In this document: positions 28,230-38,022 of the stretch, piece by piece
Position numbering within the stretch: position 1 is the stretch's first letter
Layout: each line of letters starts with the position of its first letter
Source: Promethearchaeota archaeon
GTDB taxonomy: Archaea > Asgardarchaeota > Lokiarchaeia > Sigyniarchaeales > SOKP01
Assembly (NCBI GenBank): GCA_019894975.1
Contig: JAGXNO010000005.1
Span: forward strand, 1-64,000
Length of the DNA stretch: 64,000 nt
Direction of reading: 5' to 3'
Notes under the pieces: generated by a model
The model's database searches: none
Told to the model about the DNA's origin: nothing
What the model saw: the letters and a program-made list of their open reading frames with translations, nothing else
Program-made: the position numbers and the translations under genes

Positions 28230-28667
28230 ATGAAGATTGAAAATTTTACTTTGAAAAATTATGATAATATTATTGGGTTATGGAGAAAAGCAGGAATTAG
28301 TGTTGGATCAACAGATTCAGAAAAGGAAATTAAGAGAATGCTTACTTTAAACCCTAATCTTTTCTTAATTGGCAAATTAAAGAATAAGATCATAGCTGTC
28401 GTAATGGGCGGATTTGATGGCAGAAGAGGGTATGTCCATCATCTTGCTGTGGATCCACTTCATCAAAAAAAAGGATATGGAAAAATGATAATGGATGAGT
28501 TACTTAATAGGTTTCGTAAAATTGGGGTACATAAAATTCACTTATTTATAGAAAGAGATAATTTAGAGGTTGTTAACTTCTATAAGAATTTAGAATGGCA
28601 GGTTAGAGACGATTTGATTATGATGAGTTTTGTTCCTGATGAAAATCTTTATAAAATGCGAATTTAG
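28230..28667 (+). CDS. GNAT acetyltransferase (YpeA-like)
   Basis: MGGFDGRRGYVHHLAVDP..QKKGYG, VVNFY. Confidence 0.88.
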   Translation: MKIENFTLKNYDNIIGLWRKAGISVGSTDSEKEIKRMLTLNPNLFLIGKLKNKIIAVVMGGFDGRRGYVHHLAVDPLHQKKGYGKMIMDELLNRFRKIGVHKIHLFIERDNLEVVNFYKNLEWQVRDDLIMMSFVPDENLYKMRI

Positions 28668-28814
28668 GATGTTTACAGCCTATTTAATACCACCTGAATT
28701 GTTATTCTGTTTAAAGCTATTTTTAAAGTTTAAAAATATTATTGAACTGAATAATTTTTAATCAAAGTAAATTCTAGATTTAGAATCATTAAAAAATAGA
28801 ATTGCTGGCCAAAT

Positions 28815-29417
28815 TTAGAACTGCTGGCCGCATTTTTTGCAAACATTTATTTTCCCATACATAGGAGAATGACCGATGTATCCTAAAACTTTGGATTTAT
28901 CCTCTTCAGATTTAATATCTTTCCCTACAGCACCGCAGCTAGGACAAATCAATCTATCTTCACTCGAGTATTCTGTTGGTGCTGCTGGTTTTAACTCCGC
29001 TAATTCACCCTCAGCTTTATTCAAACTAGCTTTTTGTTCTTCAATAATTTTTTCACTTTCAGAAATCACTTTTGTAAGTTCGTCTAATTTTGAGTCTTTT
29101 TCAGTTAGAGAATTATTCAACTCATCAATTTTTTTATTCAACACTTCAATTTGCGATTTTAAATCTCCTACTTCAGAATTTATGCTCTCTTTTGAAGAAG
29201 TTAATTCTTTAACCAGATTTTCTAGCTCTGTAATTTTGGTTTTCCCTTGTTCTAGCTCAGAATCTAAATTGGAATCATTATCCTCCAATTTTTTAATTTC
29301 TTCATCCTTTTTAGTTATTGTCGCTTTGAGGTCATATAATTCGGTTTCATATTCAGCCATTTTATTACGTAATCCTTTTACAAGTTTATCATCCATACTT
29401 TTTGTTAAATCTTTCAT
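28815..29417 (-). CDS. Coiled-coil protein with C-terminal zinc ribbon
   Basis: Heptad-rich region followed by CPSCG...CKKCG; possible ATT start at 29432. Confidence 0.8.
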   Translation of the reverse strand: MKDLTKSMDDKLVKGLRNKMAEYETELYDLKATITKKDEEIKKLEDNDSNLDSELEQGKTKITELENLVKELTSSKESINSEVGDLKSQIEVLNKKIDELNNSLTEKDSKLDELTKVISESEKIIEEQKASLNKAEGELAELKPAAPTEYSSEDRLICPSCGAVGKDIKSEEDKSKVLGYIGHSPMYGKINVCKKCGQQF

Positions 29418-29467
29418 TTCATCTTGAGAAATAAAAATAACACCTCTCTTTTCGTTTCTTTTTTATA

Positions 29468-29596
29468 AGCAATCAAAAATTGCTATGTTTAATAAGCGAA
29501 ATTTGCTAAAATTTCATTTTAGCAATATTATATAAATTCTTACAAAAATTTTATAATAGAATTAATATTTAAGCTTTATTTTTACGAAATTTGCTA
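29468..29596. promoter_or_regulatory. Cluster of AGCAA/TTGCT inverted and direct repeats (putative transcription-factor sites)
   Basis: AGCAAT-N5-ATTGCT (29468-29484); TTGCTAAAAT-ttc-ATTTTAGCAA (29503-29525); CGAAATTTGCTA repeated at 29497 and 29585. Confidence 0.4.
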
Positions 29597-29643
29597 GGTT
29601 TAAAGAGGATTATATTTTCTTATTTTCTTAATAAAATGTGATA

Positions 29644-31143
29644 TTATTCCATCGAGATAGCTATATTTCGCTCAAGTGTGGCATTATACTTAATCACAAA
29701 AATTTTTCCCACTATTTCTTGGTTTTCTAATGTTAACAACATTTCTGGTTCAGTTACTATCGCTAGCGCACGTTTCTTATTTTCTAAGGTCCCCAGGAGA
29801 ACTGCTCTTTTGGCTGGCCCGTCTCGATCATAAATAATAGAGTATCCTTCAACTGTTAACTTACCATTTGCTTGGACTTCTGCGTCTGGTAAACTTTGTT
29901 TTAAAATTGATTCTTGTAGCTTTGAGTCATCTCTAGTTCCCCAGTCCTCTTTGGGTGGTTTATTCCCATAGATTCCAATAGACTGTTTAGTGTTGTATCC
30001 CCCATTAGCTATTATCATTATTTTTAATGAAGGATTTGTTCGAATTAATTCAACAGTATTGATAACAGCATGTAATGAATAATTGCTTAAAGGAGTACCA
30101 AAATATGGAAGACCTCCAGTAACAGTTAAGTCACGTGGATCATCATCCTTAATTCCAAGCTCCTTTATAAAAATCTCTACAATTGAAGGAAAACAACTAT
30201 ATAAGTCAAATTTATCAATATCACTTGATTTTAAACCCGCCTGTTTTAAAGCAACCCGAGAACCTTCCCTAACTGCAGGAGAATTATCAAGTCTTGGCCG
30301 ACGGTAAATTTGACTTATGTTTTTTAAATCAGCTCCACCCATTAAATAGACCCACTGATTTATTTCAATATTCAAGAGTTCAGCAATTTCCTCATTAGTA
30401 ATTATAATTGTTCCTGCTTGATCAACAAGATTATTAGCACACATCCGTTTAGTATATGGGTATGTAACAAGACGATTCTCAGGTGATGGAGTTGTAATTT
30501 CTTCAGCACTATATTGTTTTTGAGTCCAACTTAAAGGGTTTTTTGAAGCAACCTTTGAAAACCCTTCAAAAAGTTCTCCCATATATTTTCTATGTTCCTT
30601 AATACTGTGTTTAGATGATGCTCTTAGAGCTGTTTCAAAGATTGCATAGGTTAAAGATGGCCAATACAATCCATATTTATTTTCAATATCATATCGCTCC
30701 CAATGCTCTCCATTCATATAGGCTGGAGGTTTTTTCTCAGGCCAATGTTCGGGACGAATATTATTGAATACTCTATAAGTAGAATATGCTGCTTCTCCGC
30801 CTGTAACAAGGACACAACGATGTTGTCCAGAAGCAATAGTTTTTGCAGCTCGGTTAATTAACATTTGAGGACTTTGCCCTCCATCTGGTAAATATATTTT
30901 CTCTTTCGGTGTGATATTGAGCCTTTTACCAAGCTCACCCGGAGCATCTTCGTATGACCAAGAACTGATATTTACCATATAAATGGCATCTATACAGTCG
31001 ATAATCTTTTGAGTCTTTGTATTTTCAATTGCATCTTGAGCTGTTTTGACTATTAAACTGAGCGAATCAAGAGGTTGAGAAGTGCCTTTACGTTGTGTAA
31101 ATTGGGCAGCTCCAACTATAATCGGAATATGTTTTTTCCCCAT
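29644..31143 (-). CDS. Thiolase-like protein (acetyl-CoA acetyltransferase superfamily) with C-terminal extension
   Basis: GGQSPQ, GGEA, YPYTKRMCAN, DLYSCFP, TVTGGLPYFG. Confidence 0.85.
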   Translation of the reverse strand: MGKKHIPIIVGAAQFTQRKGTSQPLDSLSLIVKTAQDAIENTKTQKIIDCIDAIYMVNISSWSYEDAPGELGKRLNITPKEKIYLPDGGQSPQMLINRAAKTIASGQHRCVLVTGGEAAYSTYRVFNNIRPEHWPEKKPPAYMNGEHWERYDIENKYGLYWPSLTYAIFETALRASSKHSIKEHRKYMGELFEGFSKVASKNPLSWTQKQYSAEEITTPSPENRLVTYPYTKRMCANNLVDQAGTIIITNEEIAELLNIEINQWVYLMGGADLKNISQIYRRPRLDNSPAVREGSRVALKQAGLKSSDIDKFDLYSCFPSIVEIFIKELGIKDDDPRDLTVTGGLPYFGTPLSNYSLHAVINTVELIRTNPSLKIMIIANGGYNTKQSIGIYGNKPPKEDWGTRDDSKLQESILKQSLPDAEVQANGKLTVEGYSIIYDRDGPAKRAVLLGTLENKKRALAIVTEPEMLLTLENQEIVGKIFVIKYNATLERNIAISME

Positions 31144-31353
31144 GATTAGTAATAATCCTCCTAATAATATAGGAAATTTCTTATTTCTATTAAAAATTCG
31201 GTAATTTTAACTATACATTAATGCCAAATTACAGATTTTTTCTTTGTTCCCGAAGTGGAATGCAATAATTAGGTCTTTTTATTTTCTTTCTAATAATTTT
31301 TAATGGGAAAAGTACAATTTCTATTATTATAGATAATTCAACGTTTTTACTGA

Positions 31354-31379
31354 TAGATAGAAATCTTTATATATGAACT
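31354..31379 (+). promoter_or_regulatory. BRE/TATA-like promoter of first ABC substrate-binding gene
   Basis: TAGATAGAAATCTTTATATATGAACT; 22/26 identical to 35264-35289 at near-identical spacing from the start codon. Confidence 0.5.
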
Positions 31380-31462
31380 AGGGAATTATAACTCGTTGAA
31401 TTTATCCAAAAATAACATAGAATTTAATTTAAGTAAAAATTAATAAAAGAGGTAAAAATTTA

Positions 31463-32284
31463 ATGCCAGAAATAAAAAGAGAAATTGCTATAATAGCCAT
31501 AATTGCAGGTTTAGGAGTTGGAATACTGGGTGGATGGTTTATACCTTCACCTGATTTTACAACACATACACCTTTATTAGATAAAATCATTAGCCGAGGG
31601 GAACTTATTGTTGGGACAAGTGCTGACTATGCACCATTCGAAAATAAGACGTGGCCGGGTGGTGAAATAGTAGGGTTCGATATTGATCTTTCACAAATGA
31701 TTGCTGATGCGATAGGTTCAGGAGTGACCCTTACAATGGTGGATTTACCATTTGATTCTCTAATTGCTGCTTGTAAAGCCGGTACAGTTGATATGCTTGC
31801 AGCGGGATTAAGCTACACTGAGGATCGTGCTGACAAACTTGCAGCATCAATAACTTATATCAATGTAAGCCAAGTAGTTATTGCTCTGAACAATTCAGGA
31901 ATCACCATTAACCATATTGATAATGTTACAGCTTACCACGTTGGTGTTCAAACAGCCACTGTAATGTATGATGAGTTAGAAGCTTTAGGAATGATTGACA
32001 ATGTGAATCTTTTTTCGTATGATAATGCTATCGAACTTATGGTAGCCTTAGATGCGGGTACTGATATTGACCTTGCTTACATTGACGGGCCTGTGTTCAC
32101 TGCTTGGGAAGGTATTTATGATATTGAGGTCTTATTTAGCTCCGGAATAGATCCGTTTGCACTATATACTAGACATGGTGAACCAGAGTTTCTTTATACG
32201 ATAAATACAGTCATTTATGAGAGTTATCTGACCGGATCGATCTTCGATACAATAAATTATTGGTTCGGTAATATCACAACATAA
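31463..32284 (+). CDS. Polar amino-acid ABC transporter substrate-binding protein (SBP family 3)
   Basis: N-terminal TM anchor; VGTSADYAPFE, GFDIDL, FDSLI, VGVQTAT. Confidence 0.9.
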   Translation: MPEIKREIAIIAIIAGLGVGILGGWFIPSPDFTTHTPLLDKIISRGELIVGTSADYAPFENKTWPGGEIVGFDIDLSQMIADAIGSGVTLTMVDLPFDSLIAACKAGTVDMLAAGLSYTEDRADKLAASITYINVSQVVIALNNSGITINHIDNVTAYHVGVQTATVMYDELEALGMIDNVNLFSYDNAIELMVALDAGTDIDLAYIDGPVFTAWEGIYDIEVLFSSGIDPFALYTRHGEPEFLYTINTVIYESYLTGSIFDTINYWFGNITT

Positions 32285-32440
32285 TTGATGCTTTTCTAAT
32301 TCCAACTGTAATTATCCCAAAGAAATATGAAATTATGAAAATTAATATAATTAAACAATTTTTTTTTTTACAATTTTTATAATATATTGATAATTTTCTA
32401 AAGATAAATTAGAATTTCATTCTATATTAAATTAATAACA

Positions 32441-33520
32441 ATGTTGTTTACCAATATAATTGAAGCTATAATCACGAGAAATTTCACTCAGATTGTGATG
32501 TTCATAATTGGTATATACGTAATGAGATGGTATGCCAAGAAGAAGAGCACACACTATACTAAAGTGTGGGATTCATCTCTCAAAACGGCATTGATAATGA
32601 ATTTATCTTGGTTGGTAATAAGTATTCCTTGGAGTCTTACATTTAATTTCATGCGTATTGAAAGTGTGTTCATCGATCTAATTATCTCTGGAATTAATGT
32701 TTTAATTGGCTCTATAATCGTGATAATTTTATATGAGAAAAATTTGAGAGATTCTTTCTTGTTCGTAGTCGTTATTCAACTTATTATTTTCATCGCATCT
32801 ATAGTAGTAGGATTCATTTTAACAGTTGTTATGAGTTTTTTTTTATCAGGGAATTACGAAATAGCTTATTATATTCTTAAGATTGGATTACCATATACCT
32901 TACTTCTTACAATCCTTGGATTATTAATTGGATTTATTATTGGCATGGCGTTAGCCCTAATGCGTATTTATAGCGGTATTGAACTCAGTTGGATTGCAAA
33001 AACTTATGAGAATATATTCCGAGGTATTCCTATTTTAGTTTTAATCTATATCTTTGCTTATGGTTTTACCGGTCTATTTTGGTTTATAGAACTTTCTCAA
33101 AGACCACTTGCTAGTATTGTTTTAGCACTTGGTCTTCGAAGTGGTGCTTACCAATCCCAAATATTCCGTGGAGCTATACTTTCTGTGAATCCTGGTCAAA
33201 CAGATGCCGCTCGTGCTATAGGGATGAATGGAAATCAAACATTTCGACATATTATATTTCCTCAAGCTATTCGTCTGGCTGTACCTAGCTGGTCTAATGA
33301 ATATGCAGTAGTCATTAAGGACACATCATTTGCTTACGCCGTTGGTATTGTTGAAATGACTAAGGTAGCTTACGATTATTCTCGTGCCTTTCAAGGTACT
33401 TGGGCATTATCAATAGGTATTCTTGCGATTTTATATCTTCTCTTAACTTTTCCTGTAACCAAATTATTTGGGGAACGGCAAACTAAAAAACTTAAAGAAT
33501 TAGGAATGGGTGGTGGTTAA
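32441..33520 (+). CDS. Amino-acid ABC permease (HisM/GlnP-type) with extra N-terminal TM domain
   Basis: [43 protein letters not shown]. Confidence 0.9.
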   Translation: MLFTNIIEAIITRNFTQIVMFIIGIYVMRWYAKKKSTHYTKVWDSSLKTALIMNLSWLVISIPWSLTFNFMRIESVFIDLIISGINVLIGSIIVIILYEKNLRDSFLFVVVIQLIIFIASIVVGFILTVVMSFFLSGNYEIAYYILKIGLPYTLLLTILGLLIGFIIGMALALMRIYSGIELSWIAKTYENIFRGIPILVLIYIFAYGFTGLFWFIELSQRPLASIVLALGLRSGAYQSQIFRGAILSVNPGQTDAARAIGMNGNQTFRHIIFPQAIRLAVPSWSNEYAVVIKDTSFAYAVGIVEMTKVAYDYSRAFQGTWALSIGILAILYLLLTFPVTKLFGERQTKKLKELGMGGG

Positions 33521-33522
33521 AT

Positions 33523-34311
33523 ATAAAGGAATCTGTAATACGCGTAGATAACATCTGGAAGTCATATGATGAATTGCAAGTCCTTAAAGGAGTCTCTTTC
33601 GAATTGGCTGAACGAGAAGTTAAGGTTATATTTGGACCAAGTGGTTCTGGAAAGAGTACACTTCTCCGATGCATAAATATGCTAAGTCCTCCAGAGAGGG
33701 GAGATATTTTCCTTAGGGGTGAGAATATAACTATGCCCGGAGTTAATCTTAATGCCGTTAGAACAAGATTAGGAATGGTCTTCCAGCATTTTAACCTTTT
33801 TGCCCACCTCAAAGCTATTGATAATGTGAGTATTGGTATTCGTCGGGTAAAAGGTTTATCGAAAAAGGACGCTCAAACTAAAGCGCGTGAAGCACTAGAT
33901 CGCGTTAGAATGGCAAAATGGGCAGATCACTATCCTGCTCAACTATCTGGTGGTCAACAACAACGAGTGGGTATTGCTCGAGCTTTAGCTATGGAACCAG
34001 AGGTAATATTATTTGATGAACCTACATCAGCATTGGATCCCGAACTAATTGGGGAAGTACTTCAAGTAATGTTGGATCTCGCTAAAACAGGTACTACCAT
34101 GATTGTGGTAACTCACGAGTTGGGATTTGCCAAAGCTGTTGCATCAGAAATGATATTTCTCGGTGAGGGGGTTGTAATCGAGCGTGGAACACCTCAACAT
34201 TTCTTTGTTTCACCTAAATCTGAACGTGTAAAAAAATTTCTCAAACAGCTTGAAGTTTTATATGGAACCCACGAAGAACTTTTAAAACCTTTGGACGAGG
34301 AGGAATATTGA
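33523..34311 (+). CDS. Amino-acid ABC transporter ATPase (GlnQ-like); probable ATA start (track start 33574)
   Basis: [31 protein letters not shown]; the first strand [11 protein letters not shown] lies upstream of the track start. Confidence 0.9.
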   Translation: MKESVIRVDNIWKSYDELQVLKGVSFELAEREVKVIFGPSGSGKSTLLRCINMLSPPERGDIFLRGENITMPGVNLNAVRTRLGMVFQHFNLFAHLKAIDNVSIGIRRVKGLSKKDAQTKAREALDRVRMAKWADHYPAQLSGGQQQRVGIARALAMEPEVILFDEPTSALDPELIGEVLQVMLDLAKTGTTMIVVTHELGFAKAVASEMIFLGEGVVIERGTPQHFFVSPKSERVKKFLKQLEVLYGTHEELLKPLDEEEY

Positions 34312-35162
34312 AAGAGACGGTAGAACAACTTTCGGATGAGAGCAAGTTAAAGAGAAAAAAATTATTATTGGGTGCAAGTATTGCTGTTATTTTAATTATA
34401 GTTGTAATCATATTAAGCAACCTATTTTGTACTTTTCCATTTCTGGTTGAAACAGATTATTGTATCGTAACAGGATACTGGGACCGATTATTTGCAGGTT
34501 TTCTTACAACGATGTGGTTATATGGATGGGCGCTTATGTTTGGTTTTTTATTAGGACTTTTTCTTGCTCTGCTCCGTCAATATGCTGGAAGTATCTTTTC
34601 CCGGGTTGCTACTGGTTATATTGAGATTATACGTGGAACACCTCTAGTCGCGCAGTTATTTTTCTTATACTATGGTTTGAATATCTCATTAGGGAACTGG
34701 AATATATATACTCAATTTACTATTTTTGGTGGAGAAATTACTTTCGTATTCTTAAATTCCCGGATTCTTTTTGGTATCATAGCATTAAGTCTTAATAGTG
34801 CAGCATATCAAGCTGAATATCTTCGTGGCGCCATGATGTCTGTTAGTACTGGTCAATTAATGGCTGCTCAATCATTGGGTATGTCAAAGCTAGCCGGTAT
34901 CCGCCATATTATATTGCCTCAGGCTCTACGACGAGTTATTCCTGCATGGTCTAACGAAGCGGCTTATCTACCGAAGTATACTGTTGTTGTTTCTCTAATT
35001 GGAGCAACTGAACTCTTTGGTCAAGCAAAAATTATTGTTTCACAAGAATACATATCAATATTTACTTATATCATTGTTGCTATCATCTTTTTGGTTACAA
35101 TTGCGATTATTTCTCGAGGATTAGATATCCTTCATAAACGAACGGGAATTCCGGGATTATGA
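34308..35162 (+). CDS. Amino-acid ABC permease
   Basis: [37 protein letters not shown]; TTGA overlap with the ATPase stop. Confidence 0.9.
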   Translation: MKETVEQLSDESKLKRKKLLLGASIAVILIIVVIILSNLFCTFPFLVETDYCIVTGYWDRLFAGFLTTMWLYGWALMFGFLLGLFLALLRQYAGSIFSRVATGYIEIIRGTPLVAQLFFLYYGLNISLGNWNIYTQFTIFGGEITFVFLNSRILFGIIALSLNSAAYQAEYLRGAMMSVSTGQLMAAQSLGMSKLAGIRHIILPQALRRVIPAWSNEAAYLPKYTVVVSLIGATELFGQAKIIVSQEYISIFTYIIVAIIFLVTIAIISRGLDILHKRTGIPGL

Positions 35163-35263
35163 TTTCTTGAGTATTGAAAAATTATTTAATTCTTTATATT
35201 TTTATATAGAACCTTAAATTTGAGATTGTTTTAACATCAGAAATAATTTGGATTTGTTGTCCT

Positions 35264-35289
35264 TAGATAGAAATTCTTAAATATTAACT
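35264..35289 (+). promoter_or_regulatory. BRE/TATA-like promoter of second SBP gene
   Basis: TAGATAGAAATTCTTAAATATTAACT, a near copy of 31354-31379. Confidence 0.5.
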
Positions 35290-35373
35290 TATGAGATCTA
35301 CTACCACAAATAGTAATCTAAAAAATTCAATAATAGAATTATAAAAAAATGTATATTTTGAGTTGAAAATCAT

Positions 35374-36249
35374 TTGAGAAGAGAACTTGGAATTATTGCA
35401 ATGATTGCCTGTATTGGGATCGGATTCGCTTCTGGATGGGTTGTGCCTGCATTCTTTATAGAAGGGAAACAATGTCCAGATTGTCCAGAATGCCCAGAAT
35501 GCCCAGAATGCCCAGAATGTCCAGAGTGCCCAGAATGTCCTATATGTCCGGAGGAACCAGAGCCATTAATTGATCAAATTATCTCCCGAGGTGAATTCAT
35601 TGTTGGAACGACTGCTGACTACCCGCCTTTTGAATACTATAATGCTACGGAAATAATAGGCTTCGATATAGATTTATCACAGATGATTGCTGATGAGATT
35701 GGTGTTAGTTTAACTATAACCGATATACCTTTTGACACCCTAATGACTGCCTGTAATGCAAGCACTATTGATATGATTGCAGCAGCAATGATTTACACAG
35801 AACCACGCGCTGAAATTCTTGCACCTTCCATCGACTACCTTACTTTAAGTCAAGATGTTGTAGTTAGAAACGATTCCGTGCTTACTATAGAAAGTTTAGA
35901 TAACCTTACATCTTATACTGTCGGAGTTCAAGCAGGAACTGTGAATCAAGATGAATTAGAATTTCTAGGTATGATCATTAATGTAAACCTTATGATCTAC
36001 TCTAGTGCCACATCCTTATTCGCAGCCCTGGATGCCGGGGCCATTGATGCCGCATACGTAGATAGACCAATTTTTGCCGTTTATAATGAAATATATGACC
36101 TTAAAATTATTTTTAGTATACCAAGTGGGTCTTTAGTGCTTTGGTGCAAATATGGTGAACCAGAACTCTTGTATATAATTAATAAGGTTATTTTTGAAGC
36201 CTATCAAAATGGGATGATTTTTAGCCTATTTGAGAAGTGGTTTGGATGA
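35374..36249 (+). CDS. Second ABC substrate-binding protein with (CPX)9 linker
   Basis: Paralog of 31463-32284 (IISRGEFIVGTTADYPPFE, GFDIDLSQMIAD, GEPE). Confidence 0.9.
   Translation: MRRELGIIAMIACIGIGFASGWVVPAFFIEGKQCPDCPECPECPECPECPECPECPICPEEPEPLIDQIISRGEFIVGTTADYPPFEYYNATEIIGFDIDLSQMIADEIGVSLTITDIPFDTLMTACNASTIDMIAAAMIYTEPRAEILAPSIDYLTLSQDVVVRNDSVLTIESLDNLTSYTVGVQAGTVNQDELEFLGMIINVNLMIYSSATSLFAALDAGAIDAAYVDRPIFAVYNEIYDLKIIFSIPSGSLVLWCKYGEPELLYIINKVIFEAYQNGMIFSLFEKWFG
35473..35553 (+). repeat. 9 x 9-bp coding tandem repeat (TGYCCAGAA) encoding CPD-(CPE)6-CPI-CPE
   Basis: Read directly from the sequence. Confidence 0.95.
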
Positions 36250-36397
36250 CTAGCCTTCGAAAATTCCCAACTGTTAATAATTGACTCTAATAACTGACAA
36301 CTGATTTAAAAACATATATTATTTAATCTAATTTTCTTTTTTTTCTATACTATTTATTTGATTTAAGATAACAACATAAAAAATTATAATAGAAACT

Positions 36398-37453
36398 ATG
36401 AAGATTATCGATTTTCGGTCTGATACAGTGACAAAACCTTCTCCTGAAATGTGGAATATGATAAAATCAATGAATAATTCTAAGCTTGGGGACGATGTTA
36501 TTGGTGAAGATCCTACAGTAAATGAATTAGAAGAAAAAGCAGCTAAAATAATAGGAAAGGAAGCAGCTCTATTAGTAACCTCAGGTACTCAAGGAAATCT
36601 GGTTTCACTTCTCTCACAGACAAATCCAGGGAATGAAATCTTGTTAGAAGAAAAATGCCATATTGTTGGGCATGAAGTTGGAAGTGCTGCACGTATCGGA
36701 GGATTAATGGTACGAACATATCCTTCGAACAGAGGTGTTCCCTCCATTGATCATCTTCAAGATTTAATTCGATATAAAGAAGACATACATGAACCAGCAA
36801 CAACTCTAATAAGTGCTGAGAATACACATAATTTTCATGGTGGAGCGATATTGAAGCCAGAAATCCTAAGAGATTTAAAAAATTTTGCCCAAAAGAACGA
36901 ATTGAAATTCCATTTAGATGGCGCTAGAATTTTTAATGCTGCGGTGGGTTTAAACACAGATGTAACAGAATTAACTAAACATGTTGATAGCATAATGTTT
37001 TGTTTATCCAAGGGATTATCTTGCCCTGTTGGTTCTATAGTTGCGGGTTCAAAAGAGTTTATATCGAAAGCTCGAAAGTTCCGTAAAATGCTAGGGGGTG
37101 GTATGAGACAAGCAGGAATTATTGCCTCTTTTGGATTAGTGGCAATTGAACCAAATTGGATTAAAAGGTTGGAAGAAGACCATAGAAATGCTAAATTACT
37201 TGCAGAAGGATTAAAATCTTTTGAGCATCCTATTAAAATCCATAATCCAGATACAAATATTGTCATTTTAGAATTTTTAAAAACACCTAAAATCTTCAAG
37301 ATATTAACTGAGTTAGGAAAAGAAGGTATCTTGGCGTTTACCATTAGTAATAAGAAGATTCGTTTTGTAACTCATTATGGAATTCATGAGGATGATATTC
37401 AATATAGCATAGATAAAATTAGGAACGTTTTGAATAGATATAATTATGAATAA
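36398..37453 (+). CDS. ltaE: Low-specificity L-threonine aldolase
   Basis: DFRSDTVT, GDDV.GEDPTV, SGTQGN, ENTHN, HLDGARIFNA, CLSKGL (PLP Lys), GGGMRQAG. Confidence 0.9.
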   Translation: MKIIDFRSDTVTKPSPEMWNMIKSMNNSKLGDDVIGEDPTVNELEEKAAKIIGKEAALLVTSGTQGNLVSLLSQTNPGNEILLEEKCHIVGHEVGSAARIGGLMVRTYPSNRGVPSIDHLQDLIRYKEDIHEPATTLISAENTHNFHGGAILKPEILRDLKNFAQKNELKFHLDGARIFNAAVGLNTDVTELTKHVDSIMFCLSKGLSCPVGSIVAGSKEFISKARKFRKMLGGGMRQAGIIASFGLVAIEPNWIKRLEEDHRNAKLLAEGLKSFEHPIKIHNPDTNIVILEFLKTPKIFKILTELGKEGILAFTISNKKIRFVTHYGIHEDDIQYSIDKIRNVLNRYNYE

Positions 37454-37484
37454 AATAACAATAAAATAAAAAAAAAGATTTACT

Positions 37485-38018
37485 TCATTTCTCTTCAGAA
37501 CTCTCTAAATCTGAAGATTTATCTTCCATCAGATCATAGTATTCTATGTCCATTAGACCTCCAATGGGATTTTCTGTCCAATGAGCTTTAATTGGCATTC
37601 CAATATATGTGTCTTTAAAATCAACTTCGGGATTAAGTGAAGCTATACTTGCTGTGTCTGCTCCATCATGATGAACTAACACCATGGGTTTCTCTTGTAT
37701 TTCTCCTGTCTCTAGATCCTTTAAGTAAGCAACAGCAAAAGTACAAACATTTCCCGTTTCTCTTAAATCAACCCATCTATCAGGTTTTACTAAACATTTT
37801 CCACAGACAAATCTAGGAGGATAGTAGACAGTATTACATCCAGAACATTTTAAGCCTACTAATTTTTTTTCTTTTAATTTCTGTAAGAAAGGTTGTAGAT
37901 GTGTTATATTATATTTGTACTTATAATTAGACAAGTACCAACTTCCCGGCATTTTTCTTGTCTCTTTATAATCCTTTTTAATATAGTCCATAGACTTTCT
38001 TTGAGTTAGTTTAGACAT
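37485..38018 (-). CDS. DUF35 Zn-ribbon/OB-fold protein (start likely ATG 38018)
   Basis: CSGC..VYYPPRFVCGKC, IGMPIKAHW; GGAGGTGA SD before MSKLT. Confidence 0.85.
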   Translation of the reverse strand: MSKLTQRKSMDYIKKDYKETRKMPGSWYLSNYKYKYNITHLQPFLQKLKEKKLVGLKCSGCNTVYYPPRFVCGKCLVKPDRWVDLRETGNVCTFAVAYLKDLETGEIQEKPMVLVHHDGADTASIASLNPEVDFKDTYIGMPIKAHWTENPIGGLMDIEYYDLMEDKSSDLESSEEK

Positions 38019-38022
38019 TTTT

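Noticed and set aside
28876-29427. 183-aa plus-strand ORF and other antisense/overlapping track ORFs (e.g. 1613-1930, 2969-3250, 11770-12195, 18826-19107, 36835-37344, 50416-50835, 62032-62271)
   Set aside because: They are shadows of well-supported genes, with S/F/L/I-biased composition and no motifs.
35473-35553. CPEC repeat as a ferredoxin, heme-binding motif or CRISPR array
   Set aside because: There is no CxxCH or ferredoxin spacing, and the 9-bp units are contiguous without spacers.
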